Below are positions 1 to 53,050 of a stretch of DNA of 64,000 bases, in pieces. The notes under the pieces are model-generated. The model had not been told where the DNA came from, did not search any database, and was given only the letters and a program-made list of their open reading frames with translations. The stretch spans positions 122,328,001 to 122,392,000 of the forward strand of contig NC_087437.1 in NCBI RefSeq assembly GCF_036321535.1. Reading direction: 5' to 3'. Every line of letters begins with the position of its first letter. Positions within the stretch are counted from its first letter, which is position 1. This DNA comes from Camelus dromedarius (Eukaryota). A program made the position numbers and the translations under genes.

Positions 1-252
1 TTGCTCTAACTTAAAATCAACCCAGGGGACCCATTTCAAGGAGATGAGTCCAGGCTCTCCCAGAACCTTCTCAGCTCTTCCCAATGTTTATAAGTCACCT
101 GGAAGTCACTGGCCTGAAGAGGCAGTCCTAAGGAAAGGAAGGGTGGGGATCCATAGGAAAGAAACAAACATCAAGTAAACATCTTTCTTAGCTAAAACTG
201 GACCAGGAAAGTCTCACGAGGAGCCAGCCCTGCAGTGCCGAGCGCTAAGCAC

Positions 253-33263
<33,011 letters not shown>

Positions 33264-33604
33264 CTTCTGACCCAATCACTGAAAGGTAATAAATACTATG
33301 TGTACAAAAGCAGTCGTCTTCCTCAAACAGTCTGTTCAACTAGGGAGCTCCCCTCATCTTCACAATAAGCTGAAAGACAAAAACGCAGACTATCCATCAC
33401 AGCGATGTCCTGCTGGAAGACTAAGAAAAGAATTTTAAATCACATGTAAGGCAAAACAAAGGGTTAAGTATTCTCGTTTTCTGAAGAGCCGATTGGTTCC
33501 TTTTTTTTCTTTCTATTTTTTTTTTTTTTTTTGGAGTTGGGGGTAGAAGTTAGTACAAACAATTATTTTGTTACAGAGATTTAAAGCATGATCCTTTAAG
33601 ACTA

Positions 33605-33630
33605 AAAACAAAACAAAACAAAACAAAACA
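33605..33630 (+). repeat. (AAAAC)n microsatellite
   Basis: Five tandem AAAAC units. Confidence 0.9.
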
Positions 33631-34075
33631 CTTTACCGAATCGGTAAATTCACAGGAGACCTCAAACAGGACTTAAGAAAACGAATGGCGTACAATTTTC
33701 GACTGAACGAGGAGCGTCTTCTGAGTTCTTCGACCTCCACAGCCAGAGAACTACAATGTAACACTGTTAAAACGTCAGTGTTTCAGTGTTTCCTCCCCTC
33801 TAATTTTTCTCCCGGTAACGAGGGCACCGAACACTCTTGCCAGACAAAGAAATGACTTCCGTTTCAACACAGCGGCGACGACCCCCCCAGACTGGCTCAG
33901 AGGACAAGCGCGCTCAAGCAGAGAGGCCGCCCCCCAGGCCGCAGGGCGGCAGGGACGCGGGCGCAGCGCCGCCCAAACCGTGGGCCGCCCGTGCGCGCCG
34001 CGGCCCCCCGCGCCCCCGCCCAGCTCCGCTAGCGACACGGGCGCCGAGGCGGGGAAGGCCCCGCGCCGCGCTCAC

Positions 34076-34200
34076 CGTTCGGTTCAGAGACGCCGCCGCC
34101 CGCCGTGCCCGGGCCCGAGCTGCACGCAAGGACCGCGGTCGCCGGAGGCAGCGCTGGGCAGCCCGCCGCGGGCGGAAAACTCGGCGGACGCACTTCCGGT
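34076..34200 (-). other. MCM3AP: Putative non-coding first exon of MCM3AP (5' boundary approximate)
   Basis: Donor GAACG|gtgagc at 34076/34075 inside the CpG island; acceptors at 33369 and 33278 lie upstream of the ATG. Confidence 0.5.
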
Positions 34201-34516
34201 CCGTCCCGCCTGGGCCCCTCGCGCGAGAGTTCCGCTCTCCAGCGGGCGGCGGCGCGGCGGCGGGGCTTCCGGTGCGCAGCGGCCAGTTCCGCGTCCGCCC
34301 GCTTCCGGTCGGGCCGCTCCGCCCGTCCCCGTCCGCGCGCCCGACTCTGGCCGCTCCCCCTCCCTTCGTCCGTACGTCTCCCCGGGGTGACGGGCAAAGC
34401 CGTCTCAGTTTGCAGCGGGCCCCGCCGGGCGGGCCACGGCCGTCGTCGCGCGGCCACAGGGTTCGTCGCCGCGCCCGGGCCGACGAGGCCCGTCCGGGGC
34501 GGGCCGCCCGGGCGGA

Positions 34517-34726
34517 ATGAGCCTGGTGCTGAGGGACCTGCAGCGGGCCGTGCCGCTCCGCCGGGCGCCGCTGCGCGGGCGGCTGCAGGCGCTCCGGAGC
34601 GTCCTGGGCGTGCGGCGCTTCGACCTGGGCGTCGTCTGCGTGGACAACGAGCGCATGCGGCGGGTTAACCGGCGCTACCGGCGGAAGGACGTCCCGACCG
34701 ACGTGCTCGCGTTCCCGTTTCACGAG
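34517..34726 (+). CDS. YBEY: YBEY coding exon 1
   Basis: [13 protein letters not shown]...DVLAFPFHE|gtgagg. Confidence 0.96.
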
Positions 34727-37700
34727 GTGAGGAGCGCGCTCCTCGCCCTGCCTGCCTGCCGACCTCCTGTGGAGGTCCGTGTCGACGGTTTTATTCTGAC
34801 AGAAGTAGAGGGCACGCTGTGACTGGCCCCCGACGAGCTGTCGGGGCCTTAGAGAGGGTGCTTCTGCAGCTTGCCTGACCCAGTATGGGTGTGTATGGAT
34901 CGAAATTACTGCATCACTTGAAAGTAAAGGGCAGACACACAATTGTATGATCTCCGCTTTTTCCCCCTTTGTTACATTTTGCGGGGAGGTAATACAGGTT
35001 CACTGAAATTTTTTTAAGTGGAGGCACTGGGGATTGAATCCAGGACCTTGTGCATGCTATGCACGCGCTCTGCCGCTGAGGGTCCTCCCCTCGAACGTGT
35101 TATGCGTCAAGTTACTCCCTGTTCCGTGAATGCTTCGTTGGAGGTTTCCCACGTTGTTAATAGCAGCATAAATTGGCGTGGGCTTTTCGGAAAGCAGTCT
35201 GGCCAGTTAGTTGAAGTGAATATTGATTTTTAATCCACTAGTGCTACATCTAAGGAAATAAATCAAAAGAAGAGTGAAAATAACGTGTTTAATGTGCAAT
35301 ACAAAAATGTATTAGCGCGTCCACTTAGTATTTTCCGTAGTAGGATGTAAAATGCTGACACCCTAAACACCAAACCACAGGTCACTGGCTTAGTGTGAAT
35401 AGTCCTGAGCCGAACGGACTGATCTTTATGTGGAAAAATGTGAAAGACTGTTTAGGACAAAAGAACAAGCAGAAAGAAGAGAAGTAGGAAATTGCATCGA
35501 TGTCGTGATTTAGCTCCATAGAAGTTGTGCATCTGGGTGTTGGTGCATTGGATGGGATGAAAAAAATGGAAAGGAATTCTCTTGACAGAGTGGAGACGTC
35601 TCAAGTCCCCGATTTCTCTGCCTTGGGACTGGAGACACGAGGGCTTTCAGATGAAACCCGCAGGCCCGTGGTCAGTTCGTGTTCCTGAGGTCATGTTCTC
35701 CAAAAGTGTGTTTTCCCATTTTCAGAATCTGAAAGCAGGGGAAATTCCCCAGCCTGAATTTCCAGATGACTACAATTTGGGAGACATTTTCCTGGGAGTG
35801 GAGTATATATTCCAGCAGTGCAAGGAGGACGAGGATTACTATGACATCCTGACTGTAAGTGGGATGCTGAAATCACAGACCCTGACTGGCAAAACGACAG
35901 TCGGTGTCCTTCTTCCAGGCCCTGGGAAGAGGTTGGGGCGGTGACACCGGCGGCCACACTGTCATCCTCATGTAGGACGGGTTGGCGGGGAGACCTACAA
36001 GCCCGAGCAGCGCCCTTTCTCTTCATCCCTCAGGGAGAGAGGAGAGGCTTGGCAGGGGTCGGTATGTCCCTTGGCAGTGGGTGAGGGGAGAGGACAGGGA
36101 ACATCTGTATGAACTATTGGAAAGTGGAAGCTCCCAGAAGTGGCCTTGTTTTTGGCTTTTACATCTGGAGATCAGCAGACTGTGTTTGGCCAGCTCAGGC
36201 CTGCTAAACATGCTTCTCACTAAACTGCCCAAAGCAGACAGGATTCCAGCCTCCGAAACTTTCAGACCTGTCTCTCCTCAGTTTGGTGAGGAAGTGAGGG
36301 GGTGGGGTTCTGAAAAGTAGCACGCAATTGAATTATGTTTTCACTCCCTGATGGATTCAATTGAGGGGTCCTTGTTCAGCTGACATCCGCACCCTGACTT
36401 ACCATCTGGGGGTCTCAGTGCTCCTGAGGCCTGCAGCAGAGCTCCCCTGTGAGGCCCTGTGAGCACAGGCGTTGGGGTTGCTGGCAGGGGGATGTGCTTT
36501 CTTCCTGAGACTGGTGGGCCCCCTGTGCAGGTGGGACTGCTCAGCATGGGTCTTGGCTCTGGGATCTCTGTGGCCAGCAGCTGTGCACCCCTGGGAGGTC
36601 TGGGGCAGTTTTGTGGGCATCTGCTTCCCCCCCCCCCCGCCACGCCTCCTGAAGATTCCGTAACCTGTGGTGAAGGGCCAGCCCACAAGCCCTAGGACCA
36701 TCCTCCCCCAGTACAGGGCCCGGCCAGGCCACTCTTATACCAGCTGGCGCCCAGCTGCACTTGGGTACCTTCTAATGGCCCCGGATACCTCCCCTGGCCC
36801 CTGCCCTGGCCCTCCGTGTGTCTACAGCTCCCCACCCAACTGCAGAGGAGCTCCTGATCTCCACCCTTGCAATGGGGGTCTGGCCTGCCTGCTGCTCCCC
36901 ATACCCAACCCATGACGTCACTGCTGGCCTGCAGCCCTGGGCCCGGAGGAGGGTTCCTATCCTCTCACCAGGTGTTCCCTGACCTTTGCCTGACTTCCCT
37001 CCTCCTCCTCCTCCTCCCTGGCTTATAGCTTAGTCATGACCACCCCCTGAGGCGGCTTTTTAATTGTTCTGACAGGTGACTGCCACCCACGGGCTCTGTC
37101 ACCTGCTGGGCTTCACACACAGCACGGAGGCCGAGTGGCAGAAGGTAGGAGCCATCCCATCCCCAACACATACACGTGGCGGTACACTGCAGTGTGCACC
37201 GGACCCCAGGGACAGTGCTGCCTGGCCTGCCCCTTGCAGTCATGTACAAAAACCAAATGGGGAGAAACAGTGAAATAAGGAATTTTATAAATGCCTGCTT
37301 TATAGAAAAAGTCTCACAGTGTTTGTTTTAAATATTGGACTCCCCAAATGCTGTTGACCGCGTATTTATTCTCTATTGAAAGGAAAGTCTGAGGAGAAAG
37401 ACTACGTTGTATAAATTCTATAAAATTCTAATGGCTTAAAGCTGAAAATCTTTACAGGAGAAATTGTGATGATACTTGTCAGTTAGAAACAGGGTTTAGA
37501 ATGTGCGGTTGTCTGCTACAGACCCATCATGTAAAGCTACGTGGTGGTTTATTTCCCCAAAACGTACCAATGTTTACTCTGCTTATAAAGGTCTGTGTTG
37601 GTATATTCACCACATTGTGTTTTATAAACTCAAATTGTATTTGTAATCAGTTTCCCTGAAAGGAATAGGAAAACTTCTTTATTAACAAAAAGAGTCTCGG

Positions 37701-38428
37701 GGGGATGGGCATAGCTCAAGTGGTAGAGCGCACGCTCAGCACCCACGAGGTCCCGGGTTCCATCCCCAATACCTCCTCCATGCGGAAATCAACGAAGAAA
37801 CCTGATTACCTCCTCCTCATTAAAAAAAAAAAAAGAGTCTTGATGCAATTGGCATCTCCCCAGGCCTTCCTAGGCTGCTGAGTCCACACTGGCCACAGCC
37901 TGTCTGCCTCCCCACCCCCGTCAGATGCAGACCTTACAGCGGCCCCCTCACTCCCCTCCTCAGCCCCACCGCTGCCCCCACCCACAGATGGGCAGCATCT
38001 CCAGGAAAGCCTCAAGCATGGCGGGCCTTCCGGGACCCCAGCCCTCCCAGGTTTCCCCACCCACCTGCCCTTTCTCCCAGGAGGGGCCGTCCTCACACAC
38101 ACACCCCCACGTGCCTCCTGGGCCGGGCCACTTGGTCCAGCTGGTTCTCTTCGTAGCCGTGACCACCACCTCAGCCCCCGGCCCCAGCCCTGGCCAGCTC
38201 CACCTTTCACACCACCAGCAGCACATGGCTGGAGAGCAGAACCAGGACCATGGCCTCAGGCGGTGGGGGGTTCCAAGCGGTTGCCCAGGGAGGCTGGGCC
38301 TCAGGGCAGGTTTGCAGCTGGTTTCCGCTCCCTCCTCTCAGATGTACCAGAAGGAGAAGCAGGTTCTCGAGGAGCTGAGCCGGCGCGTGGGGACCAGGCT
38401 CCAGCCCCTGAGCAGGGGCCTCTTCTGA
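34517..38428 (+). CDS. YBEY: YBEY metallo-endoribonuclease (rRNA maturation), complete, 164 aa
   Basis: Exons 34517-34726, 35726-35854, 37076-37144, 38342-38428 (495 nt, all phase 0, GT-AG). Motifs [24 protein letters not shown] and the metal-binding [11 protein letters not shown] (H-x3-H-x5-H). Confidence 0.98.
34977..35092 (-). mobile_element. tRNA-derived SINE (Vic-1-like) in YBEY intron 1
   Basis: Reverse complement carries A/B boxes: ctggggattgaatccaggaccttgtgcatgcta. Confidence 0.82.
35726..35854 (+). CDS. YBEY: YBEY coding exon 2
   Basis: ttttcag|[10 protein letters not shown]...YYDILT|gtaagt. Confidence 0.96.
37076..37144 (+). CDS. YBEY: YBEY coding exon 3 (His triad)
   Basis: cag|[23 protein letters not shown]|gtagga. 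Confidence 0.97.
37698..37834 (+). mobile_element. tRNA-derived SINE (Vic-1-like) with poly(A) and TSD
   Basis: atagctcaagtggtagagcg...gggttccatcccc; TSD AAAAGAGTCT at 37687-37696 and 37831-37840. Confidence 0.9.
38342..38428 (+). CDS. YBEY: YBEY last coding exon
   Basis: ctctcag|[31 protein letters not shown]. Confidence 0.95.
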   Translation: MYQKEKQVLEELSRRVGTRLQPLSRGLF

Positions 38429-38644
38429 CGACAGTGACACAGTATGGATGGAAGGTGAACCCCACCTTGGGCCCCAGGGATTGGGGGCCCCCCCAGACGG
38501 AGGCCCTGCTGGTCACTGCTGTCCGGGGGAGCCACAGAAGTGCTGAACTCCATGAGTGGAACCTGACAGTTTGTTAAAGTGTAAGAGAAACGTCCACTCT
38601 TTCTTTGTTCAGAACACAGCGAGTGTGTCATTTTCAGTATCGTA

Positions 38645-38650
38645 AATAAA
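38645..38650 (+). terminator. YBEY: Probable YBEY polyadenylation signal
   Basis: AATAAA about 217 nt downstream of the stop codon. Confidence 0.7.
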
Positions 38651-40299
38651 GTAGCTCTGAACTCTCAGAAGGGAGTGATGGGGCCTGCGAGCCTCCTCCC
38701 TGGGCTCTGCCTTTGGTGAAGAGGAGTCTCTCTCCTACCCATGCAGCTGCTCAGAACAAAACAAGCAGCCAGGTGGGTGACCCCTCTCCAGTGCTGGAAC
38801 CCTGTCAGAGTCCGTGCCTTCCAACTCGCAGGAGCGCTCAGACCTGGAGCCTTTGCTTGGTGCCTCTACAAGGGGAGGGACGCTGCGGACCCCAGGGGGC
38901 GGCCAGGCCAGGCCGAGCCCACACCCAGTGACCCTGCGCAGTTGTCCTGCTGTGGCCCTGGCCCCGGCGTGGCGGACCTCCCACGCCCAGTTCCCCCTCC
39001 CACCCGCCGAGCTCCGACTGCACATCCTGACCTGACGTGTAGGAAAGCCTCCCTCCTGTTCTGCCTTCTGAATGTTAAACCCCGGAGTTGTCACAGAGCT
39101 TTCCCCAGACCTGTGCAAGGCTCAGGGCCTCGTGGGTTGGGGCAGGCCGTGGAGGAGGCGGGTGCTGAGCCTGGACCCCCAGGTACTGGTTTTGACCACA
39201 GTGCACAGATCCCTCAAGGAACTCCAAAGAGGTCAGGCAATAAAACAGCAGCTCAGAGGCCCGATTTGGCCCTAAAGGTCAAGATACTACAACTCTGAGA
39301 ATTTGGTTTTCTCCCGTGAATCAATTTTAGTAACAGGAAAACGCATTTCCCAGTGGATTTCTGTCCTGACTGAGCCTGGACTTTCCCTGGGTGTCAGGGA
39401 CATGAGTCACTGCTTACTGCATGGCCTGCTTTTAGCCAGTTAAGTTTGCTGTCAGTTTAAGTCTAAGTGAAGCAGACACCAAAGATAACCCCCCAAAGCT
39501 CTGCTCCTCAGGTATTTTTAAGGGACTGAGGGGGTCCTGAGACCTGGGGTCCCGTCAGTGAGGGGTTTGGAGGCTCTGGGGGCCCAGAGGTGGAAGGTCC
39601 AGCTTTATAGGATGAGGCCTGTGAATGCTTCCGAGGGGCTGGGTCCCTCGTTTCCCCCCTCATCAGCAGCCCATAGGAGTGGCCCTGTGGTCTTGCTACC
39701 TGCTCCCAGGTACCGAGTGACCTGGGTGTGCCCTGACCCTCCACTAGGACAGTGTCCCTGTGCACTTCCTGTCACCAGTGACCCTTCGGAATTCCCACCA
39801 CCAAGGAGGTGACTGCTTGTGTCTTATCCCCACTTTCTACTTTTTTTTCTTATTAATTCAGGGGTGTTTTATGTATCATTGAGAAGAACCCTTATATTTT
39901 AAAGAGAACATGAGCAAGTGACCTGACCTGAATCTGAGAGAAGGCTGCCCCGCTGTCCGTCAGCAGCCGGGCCGCCTGCCCCTGGCCACAGGGCCGTCAA
40001 GTTTCTCTATGTCATTAGTGCCCATTGCACCGGGGCCCACACTGCCGGATTCCAGAGCTCCCTGCAAACCCCGCAGTGCTGAGGCCCCTCTCCGGGAGTC
40101 GTCTGGGCTCCCCGGCCCTTTACTCTCCAGTGTCTCCTAGATCCAGCTCCTGAGCACCGGACGCCCTGAGGTCACGTTACAATCACATTAGGTCTGCAGG
40201 CCACTGAGCACTTGAAGGCTCCGGGCTGAGCCCAGGCAGTGCCTCTCATCCCACGGCCCTCAGCATCTCAGGAGACCTTGCAGCACCCCGCCAGGACAA

Positions 40300-40860
40300 G
40301 GCACGGCCCGTAAAAAAAGATTTCCTCTGCTCACGACACTGCTGCCACTCACTGCCAGGAGCGAGTGCAGACCCACGAGTTAAGGGCTCAGGCCCAAAGA
40401 CTGACCAGGCTGTGCTTCCTCCCACCACACTCTAGACCAGGGCACCCACCGTACAGCTTCACCAGAAATCAGGGTTCCCATGACCCCTCCTCTAGTTCAG
40501 TAGTTTTCTCGAATGGCCCACAGAACTCAGGGAGACCCTGGGTTACTGTGAAGGACACAGATGAAGAGGTCTAGGAGGGTCCTGAACACAGGGACTTCTG
40601 CCCCGTGGAGTTGGGTGTGTCCCCTTCCAGATGTGCTCACCACCCATCTCCTCGGGGGTTTTGTGGAGGGTCTGCTACGAGGCCTGGCCATGGGTGATCA
40701 GCTCGCCTCCAGCCTCTCTCCCTCCCCGAGGCTGGTGGGGCTGGAAGTCCCAGATTGCAAGTGGGGTGGCTCCTCCAGCGCCCAGCCCCGCCCTGCAGCT
40801 CTCCAGATGCCCGAGTCCCCTCCAGCACAATCTCAGGAGTTCGATCTGTGCCAGGAACCA
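40300..40860 (-). mobile_element. MER21-like (ERVL-class) LTR
   Basis: Reverse complement resembles MER21 (ccagccccacc...ggggagggagagaggctggag, ccctgagttctgtgggccatt...gaggaggggtcatgggaacc). Confidence 0.6.
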
Positions 40861-41034
40861 GAACAGAACCAAGCATGTCTCATTGAGCCACGCGAACCCC
40901 CACCGTGCCCCCACATCTGGACCTCACCCCGCTCCAGGGCCTTGCTGGGGCTCAGGCAGCACCCAGCCTCTCCAGATGCGGGAACAGGTTTCCTTCGTCC
41001 CTGTTGACCTGGCAAAGCCGGGTGTGCAGTGGGA

Positions 41035-41630
41035 GGAAGCATAGGTGTTGGTCTCTGCCCCCAGCTCCTGACACGGGGCTCCTGAAACCCTTGCAAATTC
41101 CCAAGTGACATGAGCACTGGGACCATCTTGTGTCCTAATGAGGCGACTTGGGTCGGGGGGGCTCCTGGGTGGGGGCTGGTCTCAGCAGAGAGACCAAGCC
41201 AGGACTGGGACCTTGGAGCTTTCAGCCTCGCCCCACCCTCCTGAGTAGAGAAGTGCTGGAAATGGAGTTAACAGGAGCACCCCTGCAGGAGGAGGCCGCC
41301 AGGACATCCCACTGGTCTGGGACTCACGGAGCTTCCAGGTTGCTGAGCACGTCCACACTGGCAGGGTGATGTGCCCCAGGTCCACGGGAAGCACAGGTGA
41401 CAACCTGAACTCGTGACGGGGGTATTGGGAGGCGGTCACGTGGGACTGAGCCCTGAAACTATGGAGTCTGACACCTTATCACCTGGAGATGGAGTCAGAA
41501 TTGGACTGAACTGTAGGGCACCAGCTGGGTTACAGAGAACTGCTTGTTGTGGGGAAAACAGGTTTGGTGACAGAGTGAAGTGAAAGGAGGTGCACAGGAG
41601 AGGAAGACGCAGGTGGGAGGAGCTGAGTTT
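41035..41630 (+). mobile_element. MER21-like (ERVL-class) LTR
   Basis: ggtgttggtctctgcccc...gctcctgaaacccttg...ctaatgaggcgact...agagaccaagcc...ctttcagcc...gtcagaattggactgaactgtagg. Confidence 0.7.
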
Positions 41631-42623
41631 CCCTCCTCGGGCCGGAGACAACTGAGTTCTAACTTACCAGGCCGTCCGAAGACAATTAACTTCCATCCAG
41701 TGCCTCCCCTCTGTTAACTTAATAATTATGTAGAGAAATAAAAGGAAAGTGAAAAGATGTTAGAAAAGTCAATGCAAAAAGGGAAATGAGGTCAGACCTT
41801 TAATTGTACATTTAACCAGACACGTGGGTATTGGGGACACACTGCGCCCAGGCCTCCTGCACTGCCTCACTGGGCAGCTCGCCCAGGGCCCGAGCAGCCT
41901 GGAGGGAGTCTGTGTGCAGCCAAAAGGCAACTCCAAGGTCATCGCACTTCCTCTGATGGGCATTCTGGTGACTGTGAAGGTCCAAGGACGCAAGACCAGG
42001 ACGGGCTCCTGCTGGTGTGGAACTTGGGAGCGAGACCATTTACCCCGAAAGGGGCCAGTGAGCACATGCATAGAGCTTAAAATGGCATTCACGTGAAAAT
42101 TATATTAAAGCAGCAAGGAAACAATTCCACCAAGAGAAAAATGAAAGAGTAGCAGAAAGTAGCATAGAGGTAGTGTGTTCCCTGGGGAGATGGGAGAACC
42201 TGGGCAGGGGAGCCAGCTGCCCTCCCTCGGCCCTCTCCAGGAGGGCCACACTAGTGTCCCTGTGTTCTATTTCCTGGAGGAGAAGCTGTGCAAGCCACCT
42301 TGCAGCTCTGTCCATGCGCAGATCACACGGGGCACACACTGCCCCAGGACTCATCCCCTGGGCCACACGTGCACATGGTTCCCCAGGCACCACAGGTGTG
42401 ACTTTGTTCATGGCATTTTTCCCAGAGGAAGGTTATATTTTCCGTGGCTCAGCCTATCCACCTGTTCTCTCCTGGCCCTTGAACCATCTCTTCCCACCCT
42501 CGCAGGCCTGCATCCAGGGACCCTCGATGCCTGCTTTCCCCACCCCTGCCCCTACCCCCGTACTGAGGGCTTCAAGCCGGATTCCCCTGAGGCGCTGCTT
42601 CTTACCCAAGCCCAGCCGAGGGG

Positions 42624-50960
<8,337 letters not shown>

Positions 50961-52280
50961 CCCAGGACCACAGGAGGGGACGCCGCAGGCTCCCCACCCC
51001 CCCAGCTCTCAGTTCCCTTAGGAAAGCCACTCAGCGGGAGCAGCAGCCCAGACCTGGGCCATGGAAGGGCTCCCGCACTCTGCTCGGCTCCTGGAGACCA
51101 GCCGCTGGGCCAGAGAAGAGCTCCTGGGAGGGCAGCCGCCTGCCCCGGACGCAGAGTGCCCACAGCCAACGCCTGTGCCTCCGTGGTGGTTGCTAGGTGC
51201 CGCAGGCGTGGGGAGGCCCTGGGTTGCCAGGTTTCTGCTGAGTCCTCAGCCCCGCCTGGTGCCCATGCAGGGGTTACCCGTAAACACCACCAATTCTGAG
51301 GTGTGACCAGGTGGGGCTCCTGAGGAAGGAAAAAGTGGGCAGTAGCTGGGGCCAGAGGACAGTCCCGACACCCCCACCCCAGTGCCCCATCCTCAGGACA
51401 GAGCCCAGCACTGCAGGGGCCTCCTCCACCCCCAGTCCATTACAGCTGCCAGGAGGCCAGCAAGCCCCTGTCCCTCCTAGGGATCCTGCCAGCCAGATGA
51501 GAGCCATGGCCGGACCCCTGGAGGACAGGGTGTGGACACAACCCCCAGCAGATTTCAGGAAACTCTGGGTGGCAAAGGGGTGGCACGAGGGAGCTGGCCA
51601 ATGAGGCATCTGGGGGTTTCCAGCTGAGGGCTCAGATGGGCCCATCCCAAGGCACCCAGCCAGCACCTCAGAGGACATGAGGCCACCCTGGGCCACTATC
51701 CCTCAGGGCAGTTGTGATTCCAGCACTGGGACTGCCTGGCTGGGACTCAAGCCCAGAGAGGGGTGGGGATCCTGGTGGCTGAGCTGCAGGGGCACCTGGG
51801 AGCAGGTCAGCCCTTGGTGGGTGACCCACCTGCCGGCTAGAGTGCATGTCCATAGGGCTGCTGTGGGGAGGGGGTATGCCCAGCAAAGGGGAACCTTTTA
51901 TAAAGGGTGGTTTGCTTGGAGGGTAGGGCACTGAACAGATAAGAGCAGCTCTTCACTTGTATTCTTTCCATTTCAGATTTATGGGGACAGCAGTCCACGG
52001 CTGGGGTTAGAGCAGGGGATCTGCTTGCTTGCAGCCCCTCCTCAATGCAACGGATCAAGAGATTTGCATCAGATGGCCAAAACTGGGCTAAAAGTTCCTT
52101 AAGTTGCCCATACACTTCAGTATTTGTAGTTTTATATGTATCATAACCTTTAGATTCAAACAGGAGGTCTGAGTGTGCACACTAATGAGCTAACTTGTCA
52201 ACTCAGGGTGCTAGGAGGTAATTAACACCTTCCAGTGGGTGTTTGTTAGTTTAAATAAAAGCTTTGTTTTTAAGAACAGT

Positions 52281-52413
52281 ATTTTTTATTTTTGGGTGGG
52301 GGAGGTAATTAGGTTTATTTATTTATTTATTCTAATGGGGGTACTGGAGATTGAACCCAGGATCATGTGCATGCTAAGCACACACTTTACCACTGAGCTC
52401 TACCTTGTCCCCC
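52281..52413 (-). mobile_element. tRNA-derived SINE (Vic-1-like) nested in an older L1
   Basis: gtactggagattgaacccagga...tgcatgctaagcac...ccactgagct; TSD AGAACAGT at 52273-52280 and 52414-52421. Confidence 0.88.
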
Positions 52414-53050
52414 AGAACAGTTTTAGATTTACAGAAAAATTGAGAGGACAGTGCAGAGAATTCCCACGGACTTGGCTTCCTCTATCAGTAACGTCTTGCA
52501 TCAGTATGACAGATTGGTTACAATTCATGAACCTGTATTGATACATTAACTGAAGCCCACACTTCATTTGACTTCCTCATTATTTTGCCTAACGTTCCTT
52601 TGTTGCTCCAGGTCCCTGTCTAGGACACCCCGTGATGTTTAGTTATCGTGCCCCCTTTGGCTCCTCTTGCCTTTGACGACCCTGACACTTCTGAGGAGTG
52701 CTGGAGCACATCAGTACCTACTGTACCTGCTGTTTTGTAGGGTGTCCCTCTGCTATGGGGATTTGTTTGATGATTTCTCATGATCTGACTGGGGTTGTGG
52801 GTCTAGGGGGAAGACCCTGGAGGCGAAGGGCCCTTCTCATCACGTTCCATCCGGGGTGCGTGCCGTCACCATGACCTTCGCAGTGACGATGACCTTGGTC
52901 ACCAGGCAGAGGTTTCTCCACTGCACATCTACCATTTTCCTCCCCCTTTCCACACTGCCCTCTGCTGGAGGAAGTAGTATGTGTGTGTACACAGCCCATA
53001 CATAAGGAGTGCGGGTTATGATTCCCTCCTTGAGAGTATCTACATATTTG
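52414..53050 (-). mobile_element. Old LINE-1 3' UTR (L1MC/MD-like)
   Basis: ttttagatttacagaaaaattg...cagagaattccc...ggttacaatt...gatacatt...tttgatgatttctcatgat. Confidence 0.7.

Larger units (their letters stand above)
33840..34850. promoter_or_regulatory. CpG island / bidirectional promoter MCM3AP-YBEY
   Basis: Very high CpG density between divergent ATGs (33263 minus, 34517 plus); ETS/GABP-type CTTCCGG motifs at 34192-34199, 34265-34272 and 34301-34308; GC boxes. Confidence 0.92.

Noticed and set aside
33775..34942. Long overlapping ORFs (up to 342 aa) across the MCM3AP/YBEY CpG island
   Set aside because: Arg/Ala/Gly/Pro-rich stop-poor frames are expected in very GC-rich DNA; only the YBEY exon has recognisable homology and splice signals.
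37698..37780. tRNA-like sequence (also at 13797, 35020 and 52340)
   Set aside because: Followed by a SINE body, A-tail and in two cases TSDs; these are SINE heads, not tRNA genes.
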